Shown here one piece after another: positions 26,239 to 38,805 of a stretch of DNA of 64,000 bases. The stretch lies in the NCBI GenBank assembly GCA_030704615.1, contig CM060731.1:22382001-22446000 (forward strand), written 5' to 3'. Position numbers and translations under genes: made by a program. Source of the DNA: Takakia lepidozioides. Lineage: Eukaryota; Plantae; Bryophyta. The notes beneath the pieces were generated by a model that had not been told where the DNA came from, did not search any database, and worked only from the letters and a program-made list of their open reading frames with translations. Numbering within the stretch: position 1 is the stretch's first letter; every line of letters begins with the position of its first letter.

Positions 26239-26879
26239 TAACAGAATTGAATACAGCTTTTGGTTTCAACAACAATGTTGCTTGCAACTTACCTTCATCA
26301 GCACGGCGCCAAAATCAACGTGCCGAAGAAATTACAGAAGCACATTCATTTGTGACACAACGATTGATGGGAAGGGTGTAATATGCTAAACATTTGCTAA
26401 GACTGGGACCCCCCCCCCCCCCCCACATACTCGATCAATGACAAGACTTACAGGCCGCACCATGAACCTCAGTATCAACATGCCATCTACACCAGTAATT
26501 GGTGTACATCCATCAAAAGATGGTACGAGTGGAACCCGTATGCAGATATAGGATAAGTAGCTGCCAAGTTAAACTTCCATGAATTTCTTTGATCTTCATG
26601 AAGTGCAACCGCCACTTTTGCAACAATTGTGTATATGAAATTTGGGAATTTTGTCACTTGTCAATTGTCAAATTTCAGTGGAATCATGAATGCAATGAAA
26701 AAACATATGTTTCACATCATGTATGAATCATTTCATGGCCACAAGAAACTTGAAAATCATCTCAATGCGCAATTTAAAATGTCATAGTGCTTTTATAACC
26801 ACGCGAGAAAATTGGGTACAATCTAAAATTGTAACTCCATGAACCATCATGCTATAGCATACGACGCTTGTAAAATTGC

Positions 26880-28332
26880 CTACAACATGTCCTTCCTATA
26901 GCAATCGGGAGGCTCCATCCAATTGAATGGTGGTGATATAAAACGTCGCGTTATGGCGCCCAACGTCGGTCGAGTCTCCTGAACAACATCGCATAGCTGC
27001 TCTAGAGCGAGAGCAAAACACTCTGCCATGAATTTATTCTCAAACGCACTCCCATCGTAATGACTGCCACCATTGATTTTGTGTGCTATCTTACCAACAA
27101 CAAATGTTTCGGAAGCCATGCTGTGGGTGGGCCTTCGCGGTGTGCCATCCACCAAATTGTTTGTTGCCACGTGGACCAAAGCAATCTCTGGCGCCACCCA
27201 CCAACGCCGATGCAATTCCTCCTTCATTTTGCTGGTAGTAACAAAAAGATATGGAGATATCTTCGCTGCCTCCGTGGAGGTTGCCATTCCCCAATCACAC
27301 ACCCCGATGTACTATCCGGGAAATGCAACAAAATATTACTCGGTGAAAGGTCATTGTGCATGACGTGGTTCTTATGAACACTATCTATAATGCTCAGCAG
27401 TGCCCAAGCCAATTTACTCTGGTGGCGGCGGTAACAAACCAAACGGTTCACCTGCTCCTGTTCTTGCTCGGTCCAATGCTTTGCCAACACCTCCCTGTTA
27501 TCCACCCGGCTCCCAAATAGTTCGTCACTCTTCCAAACATCACGTAGGGAACCCCCATTCCACCACAATGTGTAACCCTCCAAGTCTCTTGGATGAACAC
27601 ATATATATTTTATAATCCCATAATGTGCGAATCGCACAGCCATGGCCTCTTCAAAATGTTGCCTCCTAGCAAGATGAGGATCTTTCTCCTTAGGTGTTTT
27701 CCCCGCCAATTGCCAATTAGCATTAATTCGGATATCACCCTCAATTCGTACCTTGCCCCCTCCCATGGTGCATCCAACTGCTCCACCACTGCGTTTGAAC
27801 TGAGGTACAACAATGCCGCTCCCTCTCCAGGAATGCTGTCGGGCTGCCTCCGTGTCAATGACTTGGTGTGGTGTTTTCCGTGGGCCTTCGCTGAATCCGC
27901 CCACCAGCCAACTCGCACAAACAAGTCCTTCTCCCAAGCCGGCACCGGACCGCTTGTCGTTTGTTTCACCATTGAACCAATAAACTGCTTGAGATTCCAT
28001 GTGATGTCGTCCGCTCGATGTTCCACCCACTGGTCGAACTTGTGCTTCTCCCTCTCATCTGTCCACTTCTCCCCGGCCAAAGCTTCCCGGATTTTTTGCT
28101 CCATCCGCAGTTTAAACTTGTAGATTCCATCGTGTCCATGCCGGACATACGCACTTTGCAAGTACATCATGTTCTTCTCCATAAAATATGCTAGCACCAA
28201 CTCCTTGACAACATCCCCGGCGGCTTTGCTGGGGTAATGGTCTCTGTTGATAGTGCTATCACACTTCGATCCATGTTTCCTCTTTTTCCTTGATGAACTT
28301 CCCGTCCTAGTGCTAGACCCTGTTCCAAACAT
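26880..28332 (-). pseudogene. Intronless Ser/Thr protein kinase-like gene with an N-terminal extension; two frameshifts; inside the hAT element
   Basis: LAGKTPK (beta3 Lys), FEEAMA (alphaC Glu), VMHNDLSPSNILL catalytic loop, DWG, WWVAPE, RPT. Confidence 0.8.
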
Positions 28333-28959
28333 TGCTTGGTATGTTATGGCAAGAAATTGAAATTAGATCTTGGAACAAACTGCACAAAAATAGATTGTTA
28401 TTCCCGACACCCCCCCTCAACCGGCCTAAACCCTTCCCCCTCCCGATATAGCAAATCGGTTTGTGCAAAAGGTCACACACCGGATGTGACTCCAAACCAA
28501 CTCTCGTCAGTTCAAGGATAAAAAACTCGAAAATCTCCCCCCTAAAATGCCAAGCACTCTTGCCTAAACCAATTCTCTCGTCAGTTTAGGGGAAAAAAGA
28601 TCGAAAACCTCTCCCCTCAAACTTGCCACCTCCTTAAGCTCGCTGGCAATTGTGCCATGTTGTCTAAGGACGTGACAATGTTTTACCCATGTCTTTGTGT
28701 GACCCAAATCCCGTCAGTGTTGCTGACGCCGACGTGACGTGACGTGACGTCGGCCTGCAACCGTGGTTGGCCCAAGTGTCCCTGCAAGTCTCATCTAAGT
28801 CCAAGCGCAATCCCTTATGTATCCACAAACCCTACAATTTGGGAGATTTGGGGTAGCCTGTGCCATTGGCCCATATGTGAAGAATTGAAATCTAAGCCCA
28901 AGTGCAATCTCCTATGTATCCAACTGCGTCTCCTATCATTTCAATTCATTGCTCCAATC

Positions 28960-29485
28960 ATTGTCCAACGACCAAAAGTACTTGAAATTTATTTAGCCAT
29001 ATCTCATCATTTTTTTTTTCTACAGAGCCTACGACCAGATTTGAACCGGAGATCTTTCCCTTTATATCTGATCTCCTGTCAAGGCTCCAACCATTGTCCG
29101 AGGAATGGCCACTTTGCTAATTTTGCAATCTCCCCTGTTGACTCTTTATATATTGATATATCCACTTTGCTATTTTTCGCGAATTTCCAACGACCAAAGT
29201 ACTTGAAATTCCAAATCTCCCACCTGAAGGGCCAATCACTAATCCAGGAAAGCCCATTTTGCTATTTTTCATGAATTTCCAGCGACCCAAAGTACTTGAA
29301 ATTCGATATCTCCCACACCGTGGGTCCAAAAATCATGAGACCAAGCCGGTGCACCCCTCCTCATCGAGGGCTTTCCAACGGCACCAAGCACCGGGGCTGG
29401 GCCCGCGGTTTGGGAGATCTCAACAACGCTACAAACAAAAAAAACAAAAAAAAACAAAACAAACGTCTTGCTTCATATATTGATT
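28960..29485 (-). repeat. Non-coding repeat, possibly the 5' end of a non-autonomous Helitron-like element
   Basis: CCA(A/G)CGACC(A/C)AAGTACTTGAAATT occurs three times (about 28965, 29187, 29279); minus-strand start A|TCAATATATG near 29483. Confidence 0.35.
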
Positions 29486-30099
29486 GTAAAACCCTTTGTT
29501 TCCTAACACCCTCTTTATAATTTTATTTTGCAATAGTTAATTAGACCTTATTTTAATTATTTTTAAATAATTAAATTTTTTCAAAGCATGTACACAAACA
29601 AGTACATTCCATACATAAGTCAAATGTCGGACCCAAGAAAAGTTTAATTTTCATCAGCCACGAACTCATTCAAAGCCGCAACATCACTTGGATCTAAAGA
29701 GTACAAGTTCTAAGATGGTTCAGAGGTCATAGTCACTGTTGAGATTATGGTCTCAACATCAATCCACTGTGTATCACTGGAATCATATTTGAACTTCAGG
29801 TGACTTCTACCTAATTTCATCATGATGGATTAGAGCTGGATGAAATATGAGAAACTTCACAAAAATGGATACATTATACTATAGATAAAACCCTTTATTA
29901 ATTTAAAAAAAATAAAACTCTAGATTTTTTGTGACTTTGTTTAAAAAACAATTGGGTGAAAGGATATTGCCCTACCATATTTTTCAAGTGAATTGTTTCT
30001 AAAATTTACCTCAAAAAAATAAACTACACCCTGTATTTGTTCTCACGTGGTTTAGAAGTGACCTCCCCAGGCTTCCTATCTGCCCCTTCCCAATTCAAT

Positions 30100-30680
30100 T
30101 TTGTTCTGTGTGAGGTTTCTTATGGTTGCAGCTATGAGGCCTTTTGTCTCTGCTATCTTTGAGGGTTTCAACCGCGGTAGTTCATCCCGTGGTAACCGCC
30201 TTACCAGAGACAATCGGAGATATTGGTCCACCGTTACAACGGTCCGAGTGTGCTTGGAAATTATGCCCCCCCCCAAATTTTTAACTTTTCCTCCAATCGA
30301 CCATTCGAGGTCTGGTGTGAGGATGCGACCAGTATCGTTGAGGGTCAATCAGTTCTTCAGCTTGATATCGATATAATCAAAGATCACTCAAAGCTGTTTT
30401 CTGGTAGGGCATATTGCTACACTTTCCTGGAAGAGTTAGACATCGCCATTGGGCTCGAAAATGGACTATCAAGCATTTTGGTACGGATGGTGGGCTCACC
30501 CACAACTTCTATCTCCCATTTGGTCAGGGGTTCTTTTCTATAATGTTCAATTCACCAGATTACACGGTCAGGGCACTGAAGTTCAACACCCACCGCTCCA
30601 AGTATCCGCGTGCAAATATTTCCATGTAGGTCTGCAAATTGGGATCAATATTGATGAAATAATCCTGGGGTAACCTACAT
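30100..30680 (+). pseudogene. Possible LINE ORF1 (DUF4283-like) remnant
   Basis: WARKW...LPFGQGFFSIMFNSPDYTVRALK resembles the W...LGxGFFxxxFxxxExxxxAL pattern; heavily degraded. Confidence 0.3.
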
Positions 30681-30927
30681 ACCTACATACCTACATGGGT
30701 GGGGAAAAAGTCACTTTGGAAGCGCTACAAGAGAGGTTGATTTGTAAGTGTCACGGAGGTTGGCCGAGCTTGAGTACGGAGGTTGGCCGAGCTTGAATAC
30801 AGGGTGAGTGCAGAGCGGTTGGGCCCATGACTGACCAACATAGGTGGTTGAGTGGATTATCTGTAACAGGGTTGGAGCAGGGCTGGAACGAATCAGAGAA
30901 AGGGTTAGGGTGGCATAATGAATTACA

Positions 30928-31030
30928 GAGGGCAGCTAAGTCATGAGCCCAGCCCCATGAGCCGTCTGGGCTCACGGTTTATGCAGTAAGCGTGAGTCCA
31001 GGCTCACGCTTGGTAACCGTAAGCCTAGGG
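30928..31030. mobile_element. Isolated terminus of the same MULE family as 19986-21534
   Basis: GAGGGCAGCTAAGTCATGAGCCCAGCCCCATGAGCC is nearly identical to the reverse complement of 21500-21534. Confidence 0.75.
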
Positions 31031-31938
31031 TTTGTAGTTTAGTAGAAACATGTCATATTCCCGAGGACATGGCAAGGGGGGCATTCGGAAAGATCAATAC
31101 GAGCAGAAACTGCACACCTCAATATGAAAAACGTGGAGTACAATTATGAAAGGAATTGCAGCATAAAACATGCATATGGCATGAAATGAAATAACATGTA
31201 TTGCTTGATTGGCATTGGACCGACCCAAGAATGTGAGGTTCAAATGAGACATTAAGTGAAATAGACATATGTTGTAATGTAGCTTCATTTTTACTCAACA
31301 TCCATGCAAAGTAACAATGCAGACAAACACTTGGGAAGTATCTCCCAAACAGTCCGTAGGGTACTACTCAATCTGTTTCAGGCCTGTCACGTTGCAGAAA
31401 AGTATGTACTTTGCTAAAAGATAGCGTGGCCTCCTATGTGATTTATTTATTTATTTTGGGTTCGATATGCGAATGTCATGATCGTTGACAAACATGACAT
31501 TTCCCCATGCCCACTGCACGTCTAGATTGCTCCACATGCTTATCCAATGGACATCATTTTGCTATGGACAACCATAAACTACTATAGAAAAAACAACATC
31601 ATACTATCATAGAAGATAGGGAAAATGTCATGATGGTGACATTAGCCTCCATCTCGAACCTACTAAGAGTTTCCTTAAAGGTTTTTTTTTTTTTTTTTTT
31701 TTCCCTTTGTATTTTCAGGGACCTTATCTGGCCAAATGTTATGTCAACAGCGCTTAGGCGTGAGATAAGATCCCTAGGGCAGGGTGTTATCTTTTCTTTA
31801 TTATTCCATTTCATTTATTTTAGTTCTAGAGATCTCAGCCATCCACCGCAGCAAAGAACAAAGAACCCCTTCGTCTTTCCATGGCGGAAGCACTTTGGCT
31901 TTCTAGGTAGGAATCAAAACCCTAATCGCAACCCTAAT

Positions 31939-32505
31939 CTATCCATACAAGCTCGAAAGAAACATCACGTATGCGGTATGATGGATACGCTCTACTTGCA
32001 TTAATGGTGATGGCATCCGGTGGAGCACCATATTTCCAATCAAAAACTCTAGGAACAGTTTTTTCTTGCTTATGCTTGTGGGATCCACAATTTTCAGTAG
32101 GGCCAATGTTGGTAGTGGGGGCTTTGTTGAGAAGAATACCAGTTCAGCAATGCTGCAGATGATGGGGGCTTTCGGAGCTGCATCCACGGCCTTTTTCCCT
32201 TTAGCAGGGGCTCCTTCGGCATCGCCAGCAGCCTTTGGGGGTGCGTCAGGAGGTTTTTCTGGGGGTTTTTCTAGGGCTTTTCCAGTGGCATCAGGCGAAG
32301 AGGGAGCACCTTCGACAGCAGCAGGCTGGGGAGGTGGGATAGGGGGAGGCTCGGGCTCATCGTTCCACCAAAAAGGAAGCCCATTGACTTCTGACAAAAT
32401 GATGGAATACTTGTGGGCTACCCACTTGCAACCCACAAGCACCTGCAGAGTGAAGTGTAGTTTCCCTTCCCATTCCATAACAATCTCATCATCGTCATCT
32501 GCCAT
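31939..32505 (-). CDS. Hypothetical 188-aa protein with a central Pro/Ala/Lys-rich linker
   Basis: Uninterrupted ORF, good start context (GAAATGG), upstream minus-strand splice donors (about 32563, 32694); divergent from the ATL gene. Confidence 0.55.
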   Translation of the reverse strand: MADDDDEIVMEWEGKLHFTLQVLVGCKWVAHKYSIILSEVNGLPFWWNDEPEPPPIPPPQPAAVEGAPSSPDATGKALEKPPEKPPDAPPKAAGDAEGAPAKGKKAVDAAPKAPIICSIAELVFFSTKPPLPTLALLKIVDPTSISKKKLFLEFLIGNMVLHRMPSPLMQVERIHHTAYVMFLSSLYG

Positions 32506-33341
32506 TTCTTACTTGTCTATGTTTCTAGCAACACACAAAAGTGAAGCATGATGTGAGGCTTACCTTGCCAGCGACCGTCTCTCACTAGCTTTCCTGCAAC
32601 CACAAGAAAATGTTGAAAATTAGTATGCTCTCTGATCACTCTACACTCGTCCACCACTTGTCTGGATCCAACCCGCCCGCTTCTCAGAATTCACCTGCAT
32701 CAACACTGATCATCGGACCATGTTGTTGTGAACGATTTTGTGCGTGTCCATTGCTCGCTTCCCCATCACTGCATTTCGGAACTGTGAACAGTCGCAACTC
32801 TTCACTGCAGATCGGAAGACAATACGAAAAATTTACAAAGCATTTTCTTATACTTTAATTTCCTGGATAAATTCATCCACGACAGCACACGACAAAATAC
32901 ACGTGGGAAGATTGCCGGTGAACTTGCGGGTCGGGCGGCAGGAAGGGTCTACGGGCCCTTCCTCATGCCTTGCTGGACTTGAAATCCCAGAAGCTCCAGT
33001 GAGCTGGAGGGCGTGAGTGTTGAGGAGGATGGAGCTCAGATTCTTCAGTGGTCTAGTACGCTTTCACAGATGCCCAGCTCCAGAGAAATCGTTTGAAAAG
33101 TTTGAGAGATCTGGAGAGAAGGTGAAGTGCAGGAAGAGAAAAAAGAAAAGAGAAGAGGGAAGTAGTTTTTACTGCTTTGAGAGAGGCTGGGGAGAGAGTT
33201 GGAACAGTGAGGGAGGAAAGAGAGCGATGGATGGAGTAATCCCTTCAGCTGCTCCGGGGATGCATCAAGGTCGTTGACTGGAGGTGGGTCATAAGGCAGC
33301 ATGAGAGGGACAGATTAGTTCAGCAACCGAACTTAGCTACC

Positions 33342-34891
33342 ATGTACATCATAATTATGGGCATTTTTGGTGCAGTATTCTGTGTGGGTTTCTTCTCGGT
33401 TTATCTGCTCCGATGCGTTACAGCAGATGAGTCAAATCCAAGTCAGCAAACGCCTGCTGTGTCGGAGGGGCTCGAGAAAGCACTCATTGATGCACTTCCT
33501 GTGGTGAGCTATTCGCTGGAAGAGGATTTGAAGGAGGGGAAGGAGGATGTAGAATGCTCAGTTTGCTTGTTTGATTTTGCGGAAGGTGATAGCTTGCGTT
33601 TGCTACCAAAATGCAGCCATGTTTTCCATATGGAGTGCATTGACGGGTGGTTTCTCTCTCACTCTACCTGCCCTTTGTGTCGCGCGAGTCTTATTCCCAC
33701 TGGCGGATCTGAACGAATTGGGGATATGTCCAGAAGGATACTTGGTGCTCAGGCAGAAGCTCTCACCTCACCGCGGCATGAGGTGATTTTGGAAATTGAC
33801 GACAGTTCAAAGGGAGCCCCCCTTCCCCAACCTAGGTCCACTCTGCCAGCGGACAAAGAAAGCTTGTCGATGCGGCCAGCAAACTCTTCCATCGCTCAAG
33901 GTAATGTACTCATCTTGTTGTTCCGTTGCTTATGCAAACACCTCCTCTGCATGATGGCTCTGTGCCAAATTAATGTTTCTGAATTTCAGTTCTTCATTTC
34001 TTCTTTCGTCATCTTGGCCGGAATAGGCAGGAACTCTTGCGTTCCTCATCTGCATACTTGTCTCATCCGATGCAATTTTATCCATATGGAGAACAATAAT
34101 CTGCTGTGGGGCTGTCAAAGCGCTCTTTGCTTAATTTGCAGCAGCTCACTTTGTTGTTGGCACGAGGAAATGACAAGTATTCTACAGAATGGTTATGCTT
34201 TACTTTACTTTCTTGGCCTCTCTGCGTCTTGTACCTTGTGATAAGGTCTCTCTTCTGCTGACTAAAATGGGCGCCCGGTTCGAAACAGAATGCAAACGAG
34301 ACAATTGTTCCTTTCCCCACATTAGACCTGTTTCAGGGCCTTCCCCATGATCAAGTTGTGTTCTGCTGATCCCTTTGGAGGCTTGGCCACCCTGATTTGT
34401 AATTTGTAGTTATTTCTGCCAGTCTCACTAACTTGGATTTGTATCCGAATTATCCAGAAAGTATCAACGGAACATGGATTTCACGTCCAAGTGAACAAGA
34501 CAGTACAATTCTGGCCCTGTCGCAGAACTCTGAGTCTTTCAGAAATGCTGCAGTTGAGATGTGGGAGAAGCTCACAGCCACTTCAGAAAGATATTCATCG
34601 GCAGTGTCAGGCCTGGGTAAAGGTTCGAGCTCCTACAAAAGAAGAACACCGAGTATGAAATTGACAACTTCACCTATTCAAAGATCCAGTTCGGTTGGTG
34701 CATTAGGCAAATACATTAAGGTTGGATACAACAGCGAAATCTTTCCTTACGGATCTCAAGGGATTGGTGCTGGTGGTGGAGGAGTAGGTATTGGTTCATT
34801 GCATCGCACTGGAAGCTACTCTGGGGTTGAGTTATTTAGAGTGGAGCTGATGGGGCCCCCATTCGCAATACTGGCCTGTGTGCCACCATAA
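33342..34891 (+). CDS. ATL-family RING-H2 E3 ubiquitin ligase (probable exons 33342-33900, 34554-34891)
   Basis: N-terminal TM helix, GLD-like GLEKALIDALP, CSVCLFDF...LRLLPKCSHVFHMECIDGWFLSHSTCPLCR. GT at 33901 and AG at 34552-34553 join in phase; the second exon is inferred. Confidence 0.88.
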
Positions 34892-35573
34892 ATCTAAAGT
34901 AAGCCAAAGTTTCCTAGTGTCTCATCTGACGTAAACAGAGAAAGAGAGAGTGATAAGAGTTGGTGTAACAGGAGTACATTCAAATTCATCACATCTGCTT
35001 ACACTCTGGTGGCATCAAACAGAAGGGGTGATAGACAGTTTATGGCAACAATGTAGGTGTCCAAAGGGACAATTGTTGCAGAACAGCTCTTCTAGGACAT
35101 GGGAGGAGCATCAGTGTCTGCAACAGAAGTCTCAAAATGCAAATGTGCGATATATTCTCAAAGTTTAATGTGGCATTAAGTCACTACGTACCATCTCACC
35201 CCAGCCTCCTGGGGACTTTCTCTCTCTCCTGCAGCGGGAGGACCGCCTATGCCCTGCTTGCACAGGGCGCAACCAGGAAATTGAAACTGAAGAACACTTC
35301 TTCTTCTATTGCCCCCTATACTATGAGATCCGTGGGAGATTCCATTGTCTATTCCGTGGAACCCAATCTCTCACTGAAGTCTTCCACTATGAGGATCAGA
35401 AATGTTTGGCAGCTTACCTGCACGAGGCATTCACCCTTAGACAATCACTCGAACAATAGTTCTTTTCTCTGACTCTGGTTTTCCTATTTTCTCTCATGTT
35501 CTTCCTTCCACTTTGTCCCATAAGCTCTATGAGCTGTCCACGGACGTTATAAAGCACCATTTCATTTCATTTC

Positions 35574-35576
<3 letters not shown>

Positions 35577-35614
<38 letters not shown>
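35577..35614. repeat. (TC)19 microsatellite
   Basis: Direct observation. Confidence 0.95.
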
Positions 35615-35617
<3 letters not shown>

Positions 35618-37045
35618 TCAATTCTATGGATAATTACTGTCTGGGTGTTGAGATACAGAGTACAAGACTTAAATTGGATATGCGTATGTCAGTACTGGAA
35701 AGTGGGAAGAAAATGAGAAAGGGAGACCTTTTCTCTCCATTAGAAGCTTGTTGATATAGAAAGTAACCTATTCATGTTGCCCCTGTTAGAGTTTTGTAGA
35801 TCCTACAGCTTTTCCCCATCAATGTGACTTCCACCCTATATAGAATATATTTCTTTCTTCTCTGGCTACTTGTCGCAGGCAGATGCCCTTTTGCTGACAC
35901 GTTTTCTTCTTTTTGAGGCAAAACAATGCTGAAAGTTGTGACCAGTGCTGGTATGCGGTGGTAACCCGCATCTCAATAGCTTGCTTGAGAAACTGTGAAG
36001 TCAAAAATCATTCTAATCTATCTCCCTATTTCCATCAAGAAGCACAGCTCATGCAACATACCTTGGCAAAGAGTCTCAGAAACAGGCTTTGATATCTCAA
36101 AGAGAAGATAAAAAAGTTTCCAATTTGTTTGCAAATCTAGAATGAGAAGTTTGAGGCCCAGGTGGGGAGCCATTGCCAATTGCTTGTGAACTTACAGTGG
36201 TTCCAGGCAGACAAGTGGCCCAGCTGTTGCCATCAGTGACAGTAGTGTGAAATGATGAGACGGTGATATTCCACGTCAATAGAATAAGGGAAAGACTGGT
36301 AACAAGGTAAACCCAGTAAGCTTTGTTGTGTCAAGAGTTGTTAAAATTAACCTTGTGAGTATTGCATGTCAGAGTCATATGTTAATTAGAGGAAATGGAT
36401 TTGAGGTTTAGATAATCATTTGAGAAACTGGGGGAGGTCCCACTCCCTGTAAAAGTGATGACAGGAGAATTTGATGTACAATAACAAAAGAGGTGAAAGG
36501 TTAGGAAGTGTTAGAACTGCCCATCCCTGCAGCTTTCGGCATTTTTTGTCCTTCTTAGTTGAATTACCGCTAGGCCAGCAGGTGGAAACTTTCTCAGCCA
36601 GGTGGCCTTACCAAACATGGTGCCGGGCTTGTTACATCAAAAACATTCAAACTGCTTCATTGCCCATGGGAGAGTTTGGAATGGCTCCCTCAGGTTGCAA
36701 CTCAAAAAATGACTTACAAGATGCAACACGTGAAAGAGGGATTTCAATTTGCCAGTAAGAATGGCGCCCTACTGGATGCCACAGCGATGGACAACTACTT
36801 TACTATCCTCCCCGACTGGGCCTCGTCCAATATTAAGCAACATGGCTCTGGGCACTCACTAGTCTTACCCTCAGCCTCCTCCACTTGGGAGGTTAAGAGA
36901 CCTCACGCGGTACAAGTCTACTCACAGGCCCTCCAAATAATAAGTACACATTGATCTTTGGCATATGTAATATTTACTGACAGTGGAAACCAAGAAATAT
37001 CCACCAACTAGTCTGATAGAGAAGGAGAGGGGATACAATGGAAGG

Positions 37046-38318
37046 CTATGAGGATTTGTCCATGAGTTGGATAGGGGTCAAAATGTTGGTTTTGTTGGTC
37101 TCCACAACACAGCCATTCATGATCATCTCCTCCAACATGAAGTGCGCTTTCTCCAGATGGAACATTATGTCCAATTCACACTGGACACACCCAACCATGC
37201 CATTTGGTTAAAACATGTAATTCTGCTCTTTGAACTGCAATGAGATAATTTGTACCTAACAGGCCGGCTATGGATGACACTCTTGACCTGACACTCTTGA
37301 CCACCTACCAAATGCAGGTTCTAGGAACTGAAAGATTGGAGAGAGACTCCTTAACAGATCCCTATGATTAAGATAGCCTAGAGAGATAGATCGTGACTTT
37401 CCAAGAAGAGTACTGGGGAGCGAGCCCAAAACTGGCACACTGCCCATGCAAAGCTGATGACAAACTGACAGGGCTGATTCACTGACTAGAGTTGACTAGA
37501 AAGCATAATGTGCAATAGTGTCATAGAAAGACGAAGTGTGTACCACATTGCCGAAGTACCGATCCATTGTCTCGACCACGCTATGGATAAACTCCAAAAT
37601 CGCCATTTCATTCTGCATTCAGTTTATTTAACCTAATTCAGACCCTGCAGCAAATATGCGCCTTTGGAACCCAAAATCATTCCAATCCTTCACATTCAAG
37701 TACAAACAGCCAACAAATGATCTGACGAGCTTGGATTTCAGATTGGACTTGGGTTGATTGCATTCTCTCAGTGTTCTCAGCATCCCCAAAACCGAATTCC
37801 GTATATACGCGCCAGGAGCTACACTGCTAGACCTCAGCAACATTGACACATGCACATGAGGAAACGAAGTGGACATGCGTAAATACGGAAGGACTTTGTC
37901 AACTCATGGAGGTAAGAGACCAGTACCTCTTCGCCATCAACGCCAACGAGGAAGAAGAGAGAGGCATAGCGGCGATAAATTATCTTGTAGTTACGGTGCT
38001 CCACAAACGAACACTGTCATCAAACACAACGGACGCGTTCAGCACTTACACCACAGTTGTTCTCCATGGAAGAGAGATCTTTGTTGGAAACTCAATTGTG
38101 ACAAACAGTTGTCCGCCGAAGAAGGTCAGGCAAGGGGGAATCGCAATTCCGTCAAAAAAGAGGATGCAACAGCTCACCTGATTATCAGATCGGGCCAGAC
38201 ACTTCCTGACAATTTCGCCTTCGAGTGCACGCCGCTCATCGATGGTGAGGTACTCATAGTACTGTGCTAGTCTGGTTTGCCCCTGCTTGTTCACCAGCAG
38301 CACAAAGCGTATGGCCAT
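37046..38318 (-). CDS. AP4S: AP-4 adaptor complex subunit sigma, 143 aa (exons 38318-38178, 38013-37927, 37612-37544, 37180-37046)
   Basis: MAIRFVLLVNKQGQTRLAQYY...CSFVEHRNYKIIYRRYASLFFLVGVD...NEMAILEFIH...CELDIMFHLEKAHFMLEEM; all introns GT-AG and phase 0. Confidence 0.96.
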
Positions 38319-38499
38319 CTCCCTCTCTCTGAGCTCTCTCTCTCTCGCAAAATCTGTTGCAAAGCAGATGCTCAAAGGGATTGTGAGAACAGTTTGTTCG
38401 TTCGTTCATCAATTGTCGTTCGTGTTTATTTCCGTTTGTTGTTTCGTCCGTCTGGTCATTCGGCAGTTTCATAACTTAAACTATGGTGTCTACGCTCGG

Positions 38500-38520
38500 T
38501 TAGGGTTAGGGTTAGGGTTA
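38500..38520. promoter_or_regulatory. Telo-box-like (TTAGGG)3 in the divergent AP4S/PPR intergenic region
   Basis: TTAGGGTTAGGGTTAGGGTTA between head-to-head genes. Confidence 0.5.
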
Positions 38521-38805
38521 ACGGGTTGGGTAGAAGGACTTCGTTTTGGTTTCCTTCTTCGAACCTTGAATCCGCCCTCCGAGTACTCGCACAGGATTGG
38601 TAATTCTCAGTGCAGTGATGCAGCTCCCAAGGCACAGGTAATTGCAGCAGATGTGATTTGAAAGCTACATGTGAACACCTCGTGGCATTGTTCTCGTTAG
38701 AAGAATGGAGCTCGCAGAGTCGGTACTTCTCATCGCAGTGGTGCAGCTGAATGCAGGCAACTTGAAGTTTCTTAGCACGTTGTACTTGAATGCCTTGTAA
38801 GCAAG

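Larger units (their letters stand above)
1691..28765 (+). mobile_element. Giant hAT-superfamily DNA transposon (27 kb with nested insertions, about 17 kb without) carrying accessory genes
   Basis: Left end CCCCGTTGCAGG (1691-1702) vs reverse complement of right end CACGGTTGCAGG (28754-28765), 10/12. Identical 8-bp flanks GTTGGCCC at 1683-1690 and 28766-28773. GACGTGAC/GTCACGTC subterminal repeats at both ends. Internal hAT transposase. Confidence 0.9.

Noticed and set aside
24037-28332. Endogenous giant-virus (NCLDV) insertion as the source of the RING and kinase genes
   Set aside because: No viral hallmark genes (capsid, polymerase, packaging ATPase), and the region is bounded by hAT TIR/TSD; an ultimate viral origin cannot be excluded without phylogeny.
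33901-34241. C-terminal half of the 299-aa ATL ORF as coding
   Set aside because: It follows a GTAATG donor and reads as intron-like sequence; probably read-through.
34950-36960. Possible additional spliced gene between ATL and AP4S
   Set aside because: Scattered splice-like signals and short ORFs, but no coherent model or recognisable domain.
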